Below are positions 29,622 to 39,883 of a DNA stretch of 64,000 nucleotides, in pieces (position 1 is the first letter of the stretch; each line of letters starts with the position of its first letter). Made by a program: the position numbers and the translations under genes. Source of the DNA: an uncultured Methanolobus sp. (GTDB lineage: Archaea; Halobacteriota; Methanosarcinia; Methanosarcinales; Methanosarcinaceae); the NCBI GenBank assembly GCA_963675495.1, contig OY776215.1, positions 256,001 through 320,000 of the forward strand, written 5' to 3'. Below the pieces are notes generated by a model. That model saw only the letters and a list, made by a program, of their open reading frames with translations, ran no database searches and was not told the DNA's origin.

Positions 29622-30920
29622 TTATTTTTTCCTCCTCATGAATAGGGATGCCAGACCGATTACTGCAACCATAGGTAAAGCTATTGTGGGATATTCTGGG
29701 ATAGCACTAACCGGCGTATCAGGATCTTCATTGGAAAGTACTTTTATTGGTCCTGCATCTTCCATGAATCCTTTTTCTGTGTAGGATAAAGGAACACCAT
29801 CTATTACTCCCTCTACAGAATAAGTTCCCAGCAATTCCCATATTATCAGGATTGTAGGTTCACCAGTGTTATCCAAAGTTGGTATAGGAATTGGTATCGC
29901 TTGCTCTGTCTCAAAAGCAATTGTAATTATGTTTCCGCTATCCTCGGATATAGCCTGGACAACTGTGAGGTTATGGTAGTAGATCGAAGGTGGAAGTTCA
30001 ATTGAAAATTCTGGTGGAAGATATGGTAGTAGGATGGATGAATCAATTTCTTTGTTGCCAATTGGAGTAACTGATATTTCACTAAAACTGGCAACAATTG
30101 TATTGTTTTTCCAAACATTTAGACCCTGACCAAGTTGAATACCATTCGTTGAAGTAACATTTCCAAAAGAAATTGTGTAAACATCAGCATTATTTTCTAC
30201 AGCACAGTTTTGGGAAATTTGACCCCAGTCCCATTGAAGATTACCCCAGTTCCAGTAACCCCAATTATGATCATGGTAACCTTTAGCATTCTCAAAGGTA
30301 TAAACAATAGGTCCACTGATGCTGTCATTAATGGTAAGTGTCCCATTAACCATCATGGAAGGTGATGCCACCAGCCAATTCATGTCTATCATTTCAGGTA
30401 TACTTGTGGTTTGCATAAAGGATGGTTCAGCGCATGGTTTGAACAAAGCGTCAAAAACAGTGTTTCTGTCATCAGTTTCTATATGCACATAATATCCTTC
30501 GTCTGTCAGGTTGATCGTGCTGAGACCAACTCTTACATCTGGTGTCTGATTTGAATAATCAGCCTGATATGTCGGGCTATAAATTCCAACTGCTGTAGTT
30601 GGAATTCCTCCGATATCATATCCCAGCAAAACCTGAGCAGAGCTGGTCATTGGAAAAGTACTAGGATTAGAAACATTACCTGTCAGCTTCAGTGAGGTTA
30701 CTATTGATATATCCTGTTCTTCATCAATCATATTAAAATAATGCCATTCGTTGTATAAGTCAGCACGATAATGATTGGCTGTATCTGGTGGGTGAAAAAC
30801 ATCGATATCAGATAGTTCAGCTATCAGATCATCGTTAGCATCTGAAGAAGCCAGATTTGCAGATATTGAAATAAACAGCAAGAAAACTAATAAGGTGTTT
30901 AGTATTAATTTTAATTTCAT
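29622..30920 (-). CDS. PEF-CTERM surface protein with an AttH/CrtC/tocopherol-cyclase-like domain
   Basis: Signal peptide; NEWHYFN and GYHDHNWG..WDW motifs; C-terminal IPEYPTIALP-TM-RRKK. Confidence 0.75.
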   Translation of the reverse strand: MKLKLILNTLLVFLLFISISANLASSDANDDLIAELSDIDVFHPPDTANHYRADLYNEWHYFNMIDEEQDISIVTSLKLTGNVSNPSTFPMTSSAQVLLGYDIGGIPTTAVGIYSPTYQADYSNQTPDVRVGLSTINLTDEGYYVHIETDDRNTVFDALFKPCAEPSFMQTTSIPEMIDMNWLVASPSMMVNGTLTINDSISGPIVYTFENAKGYHDHNWGYWNWGNLQWDWGQISQNCAVENNADVYTISFGNVTSTNGIQLGQGLNVWKNNTIVASFSEISVTPIGNKEIDSSILLPYLPPEFSIELPPSIYYHNLTVVQAISEDSGNIITIAFETEQAIPIPIPTLDNTGEPTILIIWELLGTYSVEGVIDGVPLSYTEKGFMEDAGPIKVLSNEDPDTPVSAIPEYPTIALPMVAVIGLASLFMRRKK

Positions 30921-31108
30921 TTAATTTACCCCCGCACTTAATATTTTGAGTGTGAATTCTAATTTTCATCCAAACACTGAAATATAGATATAGTAGACTA
31001 AGTAATTTTGGAAGCACGATTTCTTAATAGTGTTACTTAACTACTATTACATTACCCATATTCATGGGTTCAAAAACGTGTTATCTTTTATGTACTCGCC
31101 TGTATCAA

Positions 31109-31593
31109 ATGGATAAAATAATAGCAAACATAATAAGGTTGGAACACCAAACCTTGGTTTCTGGGTCCTTGTCATCATTGGCGTAATACTAACAATAATA
31201 TTTCTGGCAGGCCAGACATTCTCATTGATAGATTATGACATGACAGTGTCACTTGGATTACAGGAATCAGCAGAAGAGGTGGGTGAAGTTGGTTTATCCT
31301 GGGCTAAAGGATTTGAATTTGCAGATACCATATTATATATTCCACTATTGTTTCTGGGAATAGTCGGATTGCTAAAAAGAAAATCGTGGGGTCTTTACTC
31401 CATGTTTGCAGCGTTGGCAATTACGGCTTACTGGCCAATTGTTAGCCTGACTACTATTTTTATTGGAAGGGATGTTCTGACTCTAAACCCGGATAAATAT
31501 GTTTCATATTCAATAATCCTTCCTTTGATCATAATCTATGGATTATGGGGGATGTGGTATCTTTATAAAAATAGAGATGAATTAGTGAATTGA
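31109..31593 (+). pseudogene. Membrane protein with a 1-nt frameshift near its start (intact ORF portion 31225-31593)
   Basis: The ORF frame extends upstream as NNSKHNKVGTPNLGFWVLVIIGVILTIIFLAGQTFS; ATG at 31109 is 1 nt off that frame at an A-run. Confidence 0.55.
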
Positions 31594-31697
31594 TACCAGT
31601 TGATTGTTTTGTCCGTGAGTTTTATTGTTAAAATTACTGAATCTCATATGGTAGAAAATGAACAACTATATATTTTTAGAAAAAACAACATTCTATT

Positions 31698-32357
31698 TCA
31701 GTATTTCCTGTTTCCGAATATCGCAGAACCCACGCGCACCATTGTAGCCCCTTCCTCAATAGCAACCCTGTAGTCACCGGACATCCCCATTGATAGTTCC
31801 TGGAAATCGATATTGTCACTATTACCTGAGTTTTCCTGTTTCAAGTCATCAAAAAGTACTTTCATTCTCCTGAAATATGAACGCGTTTCCTCGGGAGATA
31901 CAAAAGGTGGTATGCACATGAGCCCTTCAACCTGCACATTTTTAAGTCCCCTAATCTCACTTATAACCTGTTCAATTTCATCCAATACAAAACCGTACTT
32001 TTGTGGCTCGTTACCTATGTTGACCTGAAGGAATACTTTCTGTACCTTGTCAATGGCTTTAGCTTTTCTATCAATATCCTGCATTAACTTTAAGGAATCG
32101 ACCGACTGGATCACATCAAAGAATTGAACCGCTTTCTTTACCTTGTTTGTCTGTAAATGTCCTATAAGGTGCCTTTCACATGATAGGAGCTCTTCATATT
32201 TTTCTTCGAACTCCTGAACCCTGTTCTCTCCTATTATAGTGGCTCCAGCCCTGATGGATTCATTTATTCTTTCAGGATCAATTGTCTTGGTAACACAGAC
32301 AAGTTTTGTGTTTGCGAGTTCTTTGAAGATGGTCTTTATATTTTGAGTGACTGACAT
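31698..32357 (-). CDS. yggS: YggS family PLP homeostasis protein
   Basis: VCVTK, GENRVQE, HLIGHLQTNK, GLMCIPP, LSMGMSGD, VRVGSAIFG. Confidence 0.93.
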   Translation of the reverse strand: MSVTQNIKTIFKELANTKLVCVTKTIDPERINESIRAGATIIGENRVQEFEEKYEELLSCERHLIGHLQTNKVKKAVQFFDVIQSVDSLKLMQDIDRKAKAIDKVQKVFLQVNIGNEPQKYGFVLDEIEQVISEIRGLKNVQVEGLMCIPPFVSPEETRSYFRRMKVLFDDLKQENSGNSDNIDFQELSMGMSGDYRVAIEEGATMVRVGSAIFGNRKY

Positions 32358-32504
32358 TTTTTTACCAATATTACTTTATTAAAAATATAATATTTTGAAA
32401 GGCTCTAATTGCAAGTTATATGAATTAAATGCAATGTATTGAATATAATAAGTTCGTTTGAGTAGAATATCATTATAAAAATAAAAAAATGAAGAAAAAT
32501 ATAT

Positions 32505-32792
32505 TTAGCCTTCTTCAAGGCTTGCTATATCTTTTTCTGTGCTGAAAAGGTATTCTTTAAGTTCTTTGGCGAAATTCTCATCATTCTGTCTGAGCCATTC
32601 TATAAGCATGGCTGCATGTTCTTTCTCTTCATTTGCATTGTGGATCAAGATCTTCTTCAGGTTCTCATCGGTGCATGCATCTGCTCTCTGGTTGTACCAG
32701 TCTACAGCTTCCAGTTCTTCTCTTAGAGAATCGATTGCCCTGGTAAGGTTTAAAGTCTTTTCTGACATGTTACTTCTTTCTTCATGAATCAT
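32505..32792 (-). CDS. Encapsulin-associated ferritin-like protein (EncFtn), without cargo-loading peptide
   Basis: RAIDSLREELEAVDWYNQR...HNANEEKEHAAMLIEWLR...YLF. Confidence 0.85.
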   Translation of the reverse strand: MIHEERSNMSEKTLNLTRAIDSLREELEAVDWYNQRADACTDENLKKILIHNANEEKEHAAMLIEWLRQNDENFAKELKEYLFSTEKDIASLEEG

Positions 32793-32896
32793 GTTTATCG
32801 CCTGTAAATAGGACATAAACAGTATATAATTTTTGGCAAAAAATGTGTTATCTAAGACTAATTTCTACAGTCGTAGAAATGGATATTCAAGCCATA

Positions 32897-33514
32897 TCAT
32901 AACTTTTTTATTCTTTTCTGGTACCCTTTTAAGCTGGGTATGATCTTGTGGACCTCTTTCTGATACTCACGATATTCATCACCGAATTGTGCCACCAGCC
33001 TACTTTCCCAGTGCATGGATCCCATAACCAGATATATGGTCGTCAGAAGGTATATGATGAGCAGATTGACGGTCATAAAAGGAGTAAGCACCATTATCAC
33101 CAGTCCGGAGAAAAGGAAAGGATCCCTTATCCATCGGTAAACACCCCGGATATCCAGAGGGGCTGCATCAGGGGTATTTGGTGTGGATAATTGTCCACGT
33201 AGCCTGAATCTTTGGGGTGCATCCAGCAAAGCCCTTGGACCAACAATAGCAGCTATCACCTGTCCACCTACCATGAACCAGCGCCAGGGAGAAGGGACGA
33301 TGTATAAGAACGGGCCTGGGTTCTTATAAAGCAGATAGACAAGTGGTATTAGAGTTACCACTGCGATAAGATTGTATATTGGCATATACAAATCGTCTGC
33401 TCTGGACCCTAAGGCTCCTCTGATGAAACGTTTAACTGGCAAGCTCGCCAAAAGGCTGTGAATAGCTGCAAATCCTACCAGGCATAGAATAAGAATCACT
33501 ATATATGATACCAA
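32897..33514 (-). CDS. ICMT/NnrU (nurim/MddA-like) membrane methyltransferase family protein
   Basis: FAAIHSLLA, GVYRWIRDP, WESRLVAQFGDEYREYQ. Confidence 0.75.
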   Translation of the reverse strand: MVSYIVILILCLVGFAAIHSLLASLPVKRFIRGALGSRADDLYMPIYNLIAVVTLIPLVYLLYKNPGPFLYIVPSPWRWFMVGGQVIAAIVGPRALLDAPQRFRLRGQLSTPNTPDAAPLDIRGVYRWIRDPFLFSGLVIMVLTPFMTVNLLIIYLLTTIYLVMGSMHWESRLVAQFGDEYREYQKEVHKIIPSLKGYQKRIKKL

Positions 33515-33659
33515 TTTTTACAATCTCCTTCCTTTTATTTGGGGAAAGTTGTATTTAGGGTTTTTGAATTAAGAGCGGATAGCGATCTTTAAAACTTTCT
33601 GCACCAATATCCAAAACCATAATCTAAAGAATTATTTCTTCATTTTGCTTAATGCCCTA

Positions 33660-35438
33660 TTATTCTAATGGTATTTCAAAAACAAATGTAGATCCTTTGC
33701 CAAGTTCACTTTCAACCCAAACGGTTCCTTTGTGCATTTCTACCAATTTCTTTACAATAGCCAGACCAAGTCCTGTTCCTTCAAATGTTCTATTATTTGC
33801 TGTATCAAGCTGGCCAAAAACTGTAAACAATTTACTCTGGTACTCTTTAGATATGCCCATTCCTGTATCAATTATTTCAAACCGGATATTTTTATTAATT
33901 GATTTAATGTTCAAAGTTACTTTGCCACCGTCTTGAGTAAATTTTATAGCATTATTAACAAGATTGTATAATATCTGTTTAAGCCTGACTTTATCAGCTT
34001 TGATTGTTTTTGTATCACAATCATTATTCTGCAGCAGCTCAATTTTCTTTATATGTGCAAGAGGAGAACATGCCATTAAGACTTCATCAACAACCTCATC
34101 AATTGATGCATTATCATCAAATATTTCCATTTTTCCAGCTTCGATCTTAGAGATATCAAGTATATCGTTTATGACGCTGAGAAGATGCTTGCCACTGTTA
34201 GATACATTACTTACATACTTATTTTGTTTTTCATTGAGACTTCCAATCCTGTTTTCAAGAAGAATATCCGAGAAACCGATTATAGAATTGAGAGGTGTCC
34301 GTAGTTCATGACTCATGTTGGCCAGAAAAGTACTTTTGGCAACATTAGCCATTTCTGCCTTATTTGCCATATAATTAGCTTTATTGATAGCTTCTAGCAA
34401 CTCTTCTTCTGCATTCTTACGTTCAGTGATGTTATTTATGAGCACCATTTTACCTATTGTACTCCCGTAGTGATCATACAGTGGAAGAAATGTAATATTG
34501 AACCAGAGGATAGAACCTGCGTTCATCTTTTTTATTTCAATAACGTTTCTTTTGCTTGATTCGTTTTCTCTTTTTAAAAGATCACACCATGGCTCTGGTA
34601 AGTCCGATATGTGTGCTCCTATATCTTTTGTTTTTATGTATTGATTTTTCATAGCAGAACTGTTATAGTCCACTACTCTCTGCTCATTATCGAAAACTAT
34701 GACACTATCAAGGAGATTGTCAAAAAGCAGACCTCGTGCCAACGGAACAAGGTTAAACAATTTATATCGCGTAAATCCTATATATATAATGATTGCACTC
34801 AGTGTGAGGGAAAAAGGAGCAGGATCTATACCCCATGGAGCGAGTCCTAATAGATGGATCAGAAGGGTTAAAAAGGGCATTGAAGATCCGATTATAACAA
34901 AAATGATCTGCTTACGGAAAAAAGGTAGGGTTCCTTGCAGCATACCAAAAAGAAAACCTAAGCTAATAATGATGCAAAGAATAGCATATGAAAAGTGTAC
35001 CCAATACCATATACCAGGCTCATAAGCAAATACAGGGAATAGACCGTCATAATTTATATAAAATCTCTTATGGAACAAATTATGGTATTCAGTTGTAAAC
35101 ACAAGCAAAAGAGTTACAAGGGGAATACTTAGGAATACAGCTACTAAAGGTTTTGATAAAAGGTCTTTTTTACCACTATAGGTTATTGCAAAAAGCATGA
35201 AGAATAAAGGAATTATAGCAATTCCTATATATTCCAACTTATAAAAGAGTAAAAATGTGTCGACATCAGTAGCCGATATTTCCAGTGCATAAAAAAATGA
35301 ATAAAAACCTATGGAAACCAGAAGAAATGCACAATATTTTGCACCTGGTGTAGCCTTGTATTTTTCAATATAATACAAAAGGATGCAGACAATAAAACAT
35401 GAAATGAACAAAGGAATTGAGTAAATATTGAAATACAT
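33660..35438 (-). CDS. HisKA_7TM sensor histidine kinase with PAS domain
   Basis: Seven-TM N-terminus (KLEYIGI, GIWYW, DPAPF); SHELRTPL; NAIKF, DTGMG, GTGLGL. Confidence 0.9.
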   Translation of the reverse strand: MYFNIYSIPLFISCFIVCILLYYIEKYKATPGAKYCAFLLVSIGFYSFFYALEISATDVDTFLLFYKLEYIGIAIIPLFFMLFAITYSGKKDLLSKPLVAVFLSIPLVTLLLVFTTEYHNLFHKRFYINYDGLFPVFAYEPGIWYWVHFSYAILCIIISLGFLFGMLQGTLPFFRKQIIFVIIGSSMPFLTLLIHLLGLAPWGIDPAPFSLTLSAIIIYIGFTRYKLFNLVPLARGLLFDNLLDSVIVFDNEQRVVDYNSSAMKNQYIKTKDIGAHISDLPEPWCDLLKRENESSKRNVIEIKKMNAGSILWFNITFLPLYDHYGSTIGKMVLINNITERKNAEEELLEAINKANYMANKAEMANVAKSTFLANMSHELRTPLNSIIGFSDILLENRIGSLNEKQNKYVSNVSNSGKHLLSVINDILDISKIEAGKMEIFDDNASIDEVVDEVLMACSPLAHIKKIELLQNNDCDTKTIKADKVRLKQILYNLVNNAIKFTQDGGKVTLNIKSINKNIRFEIIDTGMGISKEYQSKLFTVFGQLDTANNRTFEGTGLGLAIVKKLVEMHKGTVWVESELGKGSTFVFEIPLE

Positions 35439-35615
35439 CCTGCCTCCGTATTTACTGACAAATTACTCCTTTTGTTAATTTCAGTTCTGCTTCGTAGTGG
35501 AAATTATAGAATTTATAAAACAGTCCAAAAAATTTGTTGAATATCTTTACACCAACAAGCAAAATTATAAACAGATGAATGCATTAATTCCTGCATGTTC
35601 TGCCATCATTCTATA

Positions 35616-35633
35616 TTGCATGTTTACATGCAA
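35616..35633. promoter_or_regulatory. Palindromic candidate operator upstream of the 7TM kinase
   Basis: TTGCATGT-TT-ACATGCAA, perfect 8-bp arms. Confidence 0.35.
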
Positions 35634-35775
35634 ATATTTTGGAATGGAAAATCTTACTTTGGAACAACAAACAATGAGACAACATTTGATTTGTTATATA
35701 TTTACGTACTCATCAATACATATTACTAACTTTATAAAAACATATTGATGTGAACATTTTGCATCTATAAAGTCA

Positions 35776-36198
35776 TTATGTTGATTCATCATCGTAATTG
35801 AATTGCCATCCAACTCCAAACTTGTCGGTTACGTAGCCATATAATTTGCTCCAGAACGTTTCCTGAAGCTCCATGCCTACGGTCCCATCAACTATGAGTT
35901 TGTTGAACATTGACTTTATTCTATCCATATCATTATTGATGATCATAAGGCTGATATTATTCCCGGTGACAAAAGGCATGCCAGGAGGAACATCAGAAAA
36001 CATCACAGTGCTTCCTTCTATAGTAAGGAAAGTATGTAATACCAGATCCTTTGTTTCCTCCGTAAGAGGAAAGTCTCCATCTTCCGGCATATCTTTGTAT
36101 AACATGATCTGAGGTTTTTCTGTTCCAAAAACCTCGGTATAGAATTCTACAGCTTCACGGCAGTTCCCATTAAAATTTATATACGCTTCTACAGACAT
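35776..36198 (-). CDS. VOC/PhnB family protein
   Basis: YINFNGNCREAVEFY, MFSD, TFWSKLYGYVTDKFGVGW. Confidence 0.9.
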   Translation of the reverse strand: MSVEAYINFNGNCREAVEFYTEVFGTEKPQIMLYKDMPEDGDFPLTEETKDLVLHTFLTIEGSTVMFSDVPPGMPFVTGNNISLMIINNDMDRIKSMFNKLIVDGTVGMELQETFWSKLYGYVTDKFGVGWQFNYDDEST

Positions 36199-36315
36199 TT
36201 TATTCACTCCCACTTTTAAATCCAATTGTAAGAATTGAAACTTGCTCTATTAAATAGATTCCCAACATATTTTTTAGACTCAAGGAATTAGGTTCACAAA
36301 AAAAGTAAAATGAAA

Positions 36316-37089
36316 TCAAACAAATGTCGAATTCAAATATCTAAAAACAATATCATTGAATTTATCATATTGCTCTATAGAGCATACATGACCACAATTA
36401 TCAATTATTTCTACCCGGGAATTGCGTATTTTTTTACTATGCCTTAAAATGTCTTTCAAAAAAAGGTGGTCCTCATTTCCTGAAACAAACAAGATTTTAA
36501 TATCATCATTTAGTTCATCTAACCAGGCTAAGCTTCCTTTTGTTTGTGGAATAAGATCAACCCATCTACAGAATTCATCATAACCTAATTTTTTTGCTTC
36601 GTTTACAAAGACAGCCCGTGACTTCCTGTGATTTTTCCGGGGCAATATTATGTAGGCGAAAAATCTGTAAAGAACCATGTAGTTTATCCATTTTTTAAAA
36701 GTTATTGCAGTATAAAGTAAACATTTTGTTCTCATGTTGAACTTAACAATTCCTCCACCCATGATCAGCGAATCTACTATTTCCGGGTAAAATATAGCAA
36801 ATCGTAAGCATATTAAAGAACTAAAAGAAAAGCCCATAAAATGAGCTTTTTCAATTTTATAGTATTTTAATGTGTTATTTATAAGCTCACATACTTTATT
36901 CAGGTCGATATCTTCATTTCTTTTTTCCTTATGCATTTCCAGCACAAGCAGGTTATAATGTTTTGAAAAGAACTCGATCTGTTTTTTCCAGGTCCTTGCG
37001 CTGCCTCCAAACCCATGAATAAATACTATCCAGTCATCAGTATCATTTTTATGAAAAACTTCGGCACTAAATCTTTTTTCTTCTGCCAT
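36316..37089 (-). CDS. Alpha/beta hydrolase
   Basis: FIHGFGG, GFSFS nucleophile elbow (variant), GNED, CGHVC. Confidence 0.82.
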   Translation of the reverse strand: MAEEKRFSAEVFHKNDTDDWIVFIHGFGGSARTWKKQIEFFSKHYNLLVLEMHKEKRNEDIDLNKVCELINNTLKYYKIEKAHFMGFSFSSLICLRFAIFYPEIVDSLIMGGGIVKFNMRTKCLLYTAITFKKWINYMVLYRFFAYIILPRKNHRKSRAVFVNEAKKLGYDEFCRWVDLIPQTKGSLAWLDELNDDIKILFVSGNEDHLFLKDILRHSKKIRNSRVEIIDNCGHVCSIEQYDKFNDIVFRYLNSTFV

Positions 37090-38335
37090 CTGTTATTCCT
37101 TTTTTAAAAGCAAAATATTTCAAGAATTTAGGGAAGTTCTTTTGATTATGAATTGGCATTTTCTTGAACAATTCTTCTGATTTCCCTTCCCATTCTCTAG
37201 CTCTTTCAAAACTTTTCTTAGCAAGATCTTCCGCTGATTCCGGGTTAGCCAGATGAGTTGACCTTGCTTCTCCGGCTTTAACCACATCAATAATTGCCTG
37301 AGGATTATCTATTAATGGACAGGCTCTTAATGGGTTTTGTGAAAATGGTTGAGCATTTCTAAAGGCAGTAAAAAATTTAGATCTGAGAGCTTCAGCAAGT
37401 GATACGTCATGTATGTTTGAATCCGAATAATGGCAAAATGCACAGGGTTCAACGTCACCCTTAGCATTAATATGAGCAAAACCAACACCAGCACCAATGC
37501 AGCCGAAAGACAAATGGCCATTGTTCCAGAAATCCACAATTACGTAGTCATGTTTTGCGCAGTAGTCCCTGATCTTTTCCTGTACGTATGCCCTTTGTTC
37601 AGCGGTGCATACTAAAGAGGTGTCAGCAGTGCTTCCAACTGGAATAAACTGGAATAACCAGCCGAACCATGCTCCTTTTTCACGCATATAGTCTAGAAAA
37701 TCATCACTGGCTATGGTCTCATAGTTCTTTGAATGATAGCAAGCTGAAAAAGCAAATGCAATGCCCCTGGATTTTAAGATATCCATAGCTTTTATTGCTT
37801 TATCGTAAACACCAGGACCTCGTCTAAAATCATTCTCTTCTTTTGTTCCTTCGATGCTTATAAAAACATTCAAATTCCCCAGCTTGGCCATTTCATCAGC
37901 AAATTCTTCATCGATCAAAGTAGCATTAGTAAACGCACCGAAAGTCATTTTATTATGCTTTTTGCATAATTTCAGAATATCTTCTTTCCGAAGTAAAGGT
38001 TCACCACCGGTCATTAAACAATCCATAATCCCTAATTTTTCAGCTTGAGACAATATATCGTCAAACTTTTCATATGAAATATTATGGCCACTTTCATAAT
38101 CTTTTGACCAGCACCCTTTACACTTTAAATTGCAATTACTTGTTGGATCTATAAGAAGAACCCTTGGAATAGAACTTTTGTTTTTGATCCCGTTATATAA
38201 CTCTTTCAAAGTAACAAAATTACCCATAGTTAAATGAGTTGTTATTCTCTTAGCTGAAAAAAACTGCTTCGACCTATAGATATAAGCTTTATGATGTGGG
38301 AATGGAGGTATTTTCTCCTTTTTCCCATTAATCAT
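37067..38335 (-). CDS. Radical SAM protein with a twitch/SPASM-like auxiliary domain
   Basis: CNLKCKGC, TGGEP, GCIGAG..HINAKGDVEPC, CPLID. Confidence 0.88.
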   Translation of the reverse strand: MINGKKEKIPPFPHHKAYIYRSKQFFSAKRITTHLTMGNFVTLKELYNGIKNKSSIPRVLLIDPTSNCNLKCKGCWSKDYESGHNISYEKFDDILSQAEKLGIMDCLMTGGEPLLRKEDILKLCKKHNKMTFGAFTNATLIDEEFADEMAKLGNLNVFISIEGTKEENDFRRGPGVYDKAIKAMDILKSRGIAFAFSACYHSKNYETIASDDFLDYMREKGAWFGWLFQFIPVGSTADTSLVCTAEQRAYVQEKIRDYCAKHDYVIVDFWNNGHLSFGCIGAGVGFAHINAKGDVEPCAFCHYSDSNIHDVSLAEALRSKFFTAFRNAQPFSQNPLRACPLIDNPQAIIDVVKAGEARSTHLANPESAEDLAKKSFERAREWEGKSEELFKKMPIHNQKNFPKFLKYFAFKKGITDGRRKKI

Positions 38336-38365
38336 TAAATACTTCAGTTATAACCACTCCAACAT

Positions 38366-39103
38366 TTATTTTTTAGTCACAGATACTTTTTGTGGAATAA
38401 CACCATCAAAAACAAATTCACCATCTGAATTAGAGTTTAAACTATTGATTTCAAGTCCGGGAACCACTGTATAAATTCGAGGGAAATAGTCTTCCATTAC
38501 ATCTACATTTTCAGGTTCCAGATATTTGTCAGGAAGTGAAACCGGACCAAGATTAAAGGATTCCGGTTCTGCACTCAGCTGATTATTTGTAATGCTGATC
38601 TTTCCTTTGCTATAAATGTTCAAGGTGTCCGGTAGCGGAATAGGTACATCACCTGCAACATCTGAATACAGTTCGGCTTTGAGTTTTTTTATGTCAGCAG
38701 TGCTTGACCCTTCCATGGTTCCATCTGGTGAAACTTTTACCTGTAGATCATCAAACCACCAAAATCCAGGCGCAATTTCATTTAACAAAGCTGTTGACTC
38801 TGCCGCAGTTAAAGTGAATTCTTTCCTTTCATATTCAGAGAATTCAAAATTATAATCATCTATTGATTTATCATCCACATTCTCTTTGTACAGATCTTCT
38901 AATTCTTCGCCAGTCAGACCTTCATATTCTATAACCATACCAGTTTTTTCCAGAGCACTATTATAGTCCTCTTTAGTGTATTCAACTCCTAGATCTTTAG
39001 GTTCAACCACTGAAAAACTTGCATAGGCTCCTGCCAAACCAACTATGATTACCAGAAAAGCCACCGCAAATACATACTTTATTTTTCCTTTTTCGTTGTT
39101 CAT
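38366..39103 (-). CDS. Membrane-anchored hypothetical protein
   Basis: Single N-terminal TM helix followed by PKDLGVEY; acidic body. Confidence 0.7.
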   Translation of the reverse strand: MNNEKGKIKYVFAVAFLVIIVGLAGAYASFSVVEPKDLGVEYTKEDYNSALEKTGMVIEYEGLTGEELEDLYKENVDDKSIDDYNFEFSEYERKEFTLTAAESTALLNEIAPGFWWFDDLQVKVSPDGTMEGSSTADIKKLKAELYSDVAGDVPIPLPDTLNIYSKGKISITNNQLSAEPESFNLGPVSLPDKYLEPENVDVMEDYFPRIYTVVPGLEINSLNSNSDGEFVFDGVIPQKVSVTKK

Positions 39104-39391
39104 TACATCACCAACCATTATCCAAATATAATTATAATAATTCTAACTTGATTCTATTTAAATCAATATCCTAACATTAATAGTAAAAAGAAATCTCAAG
39201 CTTTTCGTTTTGTTAGGTTCAAGGAAAAACGCAAGCAAAACTAAGAGCTTATGAAATTATTTCTAGCAAGAATATATACCTTCCTATTTGATTTTGACCT
39301 TGTTTTTTTAAAAATATTATAATCACAAATAATATATCGCATGCATATTATACCTTTAAATTACTGTAAATAGTGTGAATAAGGCGTGGTA

Positions 39392-39883
39392 ATGAAAACA
39401 GTAAAAAGAGATTTTGAAAATCTTGTACATCAAGGGATGAAATCCTATGGACTCGATGAACTTTCGTCGAAACTACTTGCAATGCTTTATTCTGAACCCG
39501 ATCCATTAACTTTAGAAGAGCTTACCCTAATGACAGGGTATGGTTTTTCAGCTGTTAGTGCCTCAATGAAATTGCTTAGTGGCGTAACTCTTGTAAATAA
39601 AACACGGAAAGCAGGTTCAAAAAAGTTATACTTTTCAGTTAAAAAAGATATGCTAACGATGACCATTGATGCAATCAAATCCAAAAATGAATTTTTGGTC
39701 GTCCCTGCGCTTAAAGATCTTCCTGCAATGCTTGAAATTTGTGAAAATAGTCAAGCGAAGGAATCAGAAGAATTGCTTAAATTAATCAATCAATATTACC
39801 AGCAAATGCTTGCATTAAATCTGATTTTTAAAAATTCAATTGAACTTACACAAAATATTCAAAAGGAGATAAATAAAGAATGA
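39392..39883 (+). CDS. GbsR/MarR-type transcriptional regulator
   Basis: YG...LYSEPDPLTLEEL..TGY..SAVS wHTH; KKLYF wing. Confidence 0.78.
   Translation: MKTVKRDFENLVHQGMKSYGLDELSSKLLAMLYSEPDPLTLEELTLMTGYGFSAVSASMKLLSGVTLVNKTRKAGSKKLYFSVKKDMLTMTIDAIKSKNEFLVVPALKDLPAMLEICENSQAKESEELLKLINQYYQQMLALNLIFKNSIELTQNIQKEINKE

Noticed and set aside
35497-35748. 83-aa plus-strand ORF
   Set aside because: AT-rich intergenic/promoter sequence, no SD, no recognisable motif
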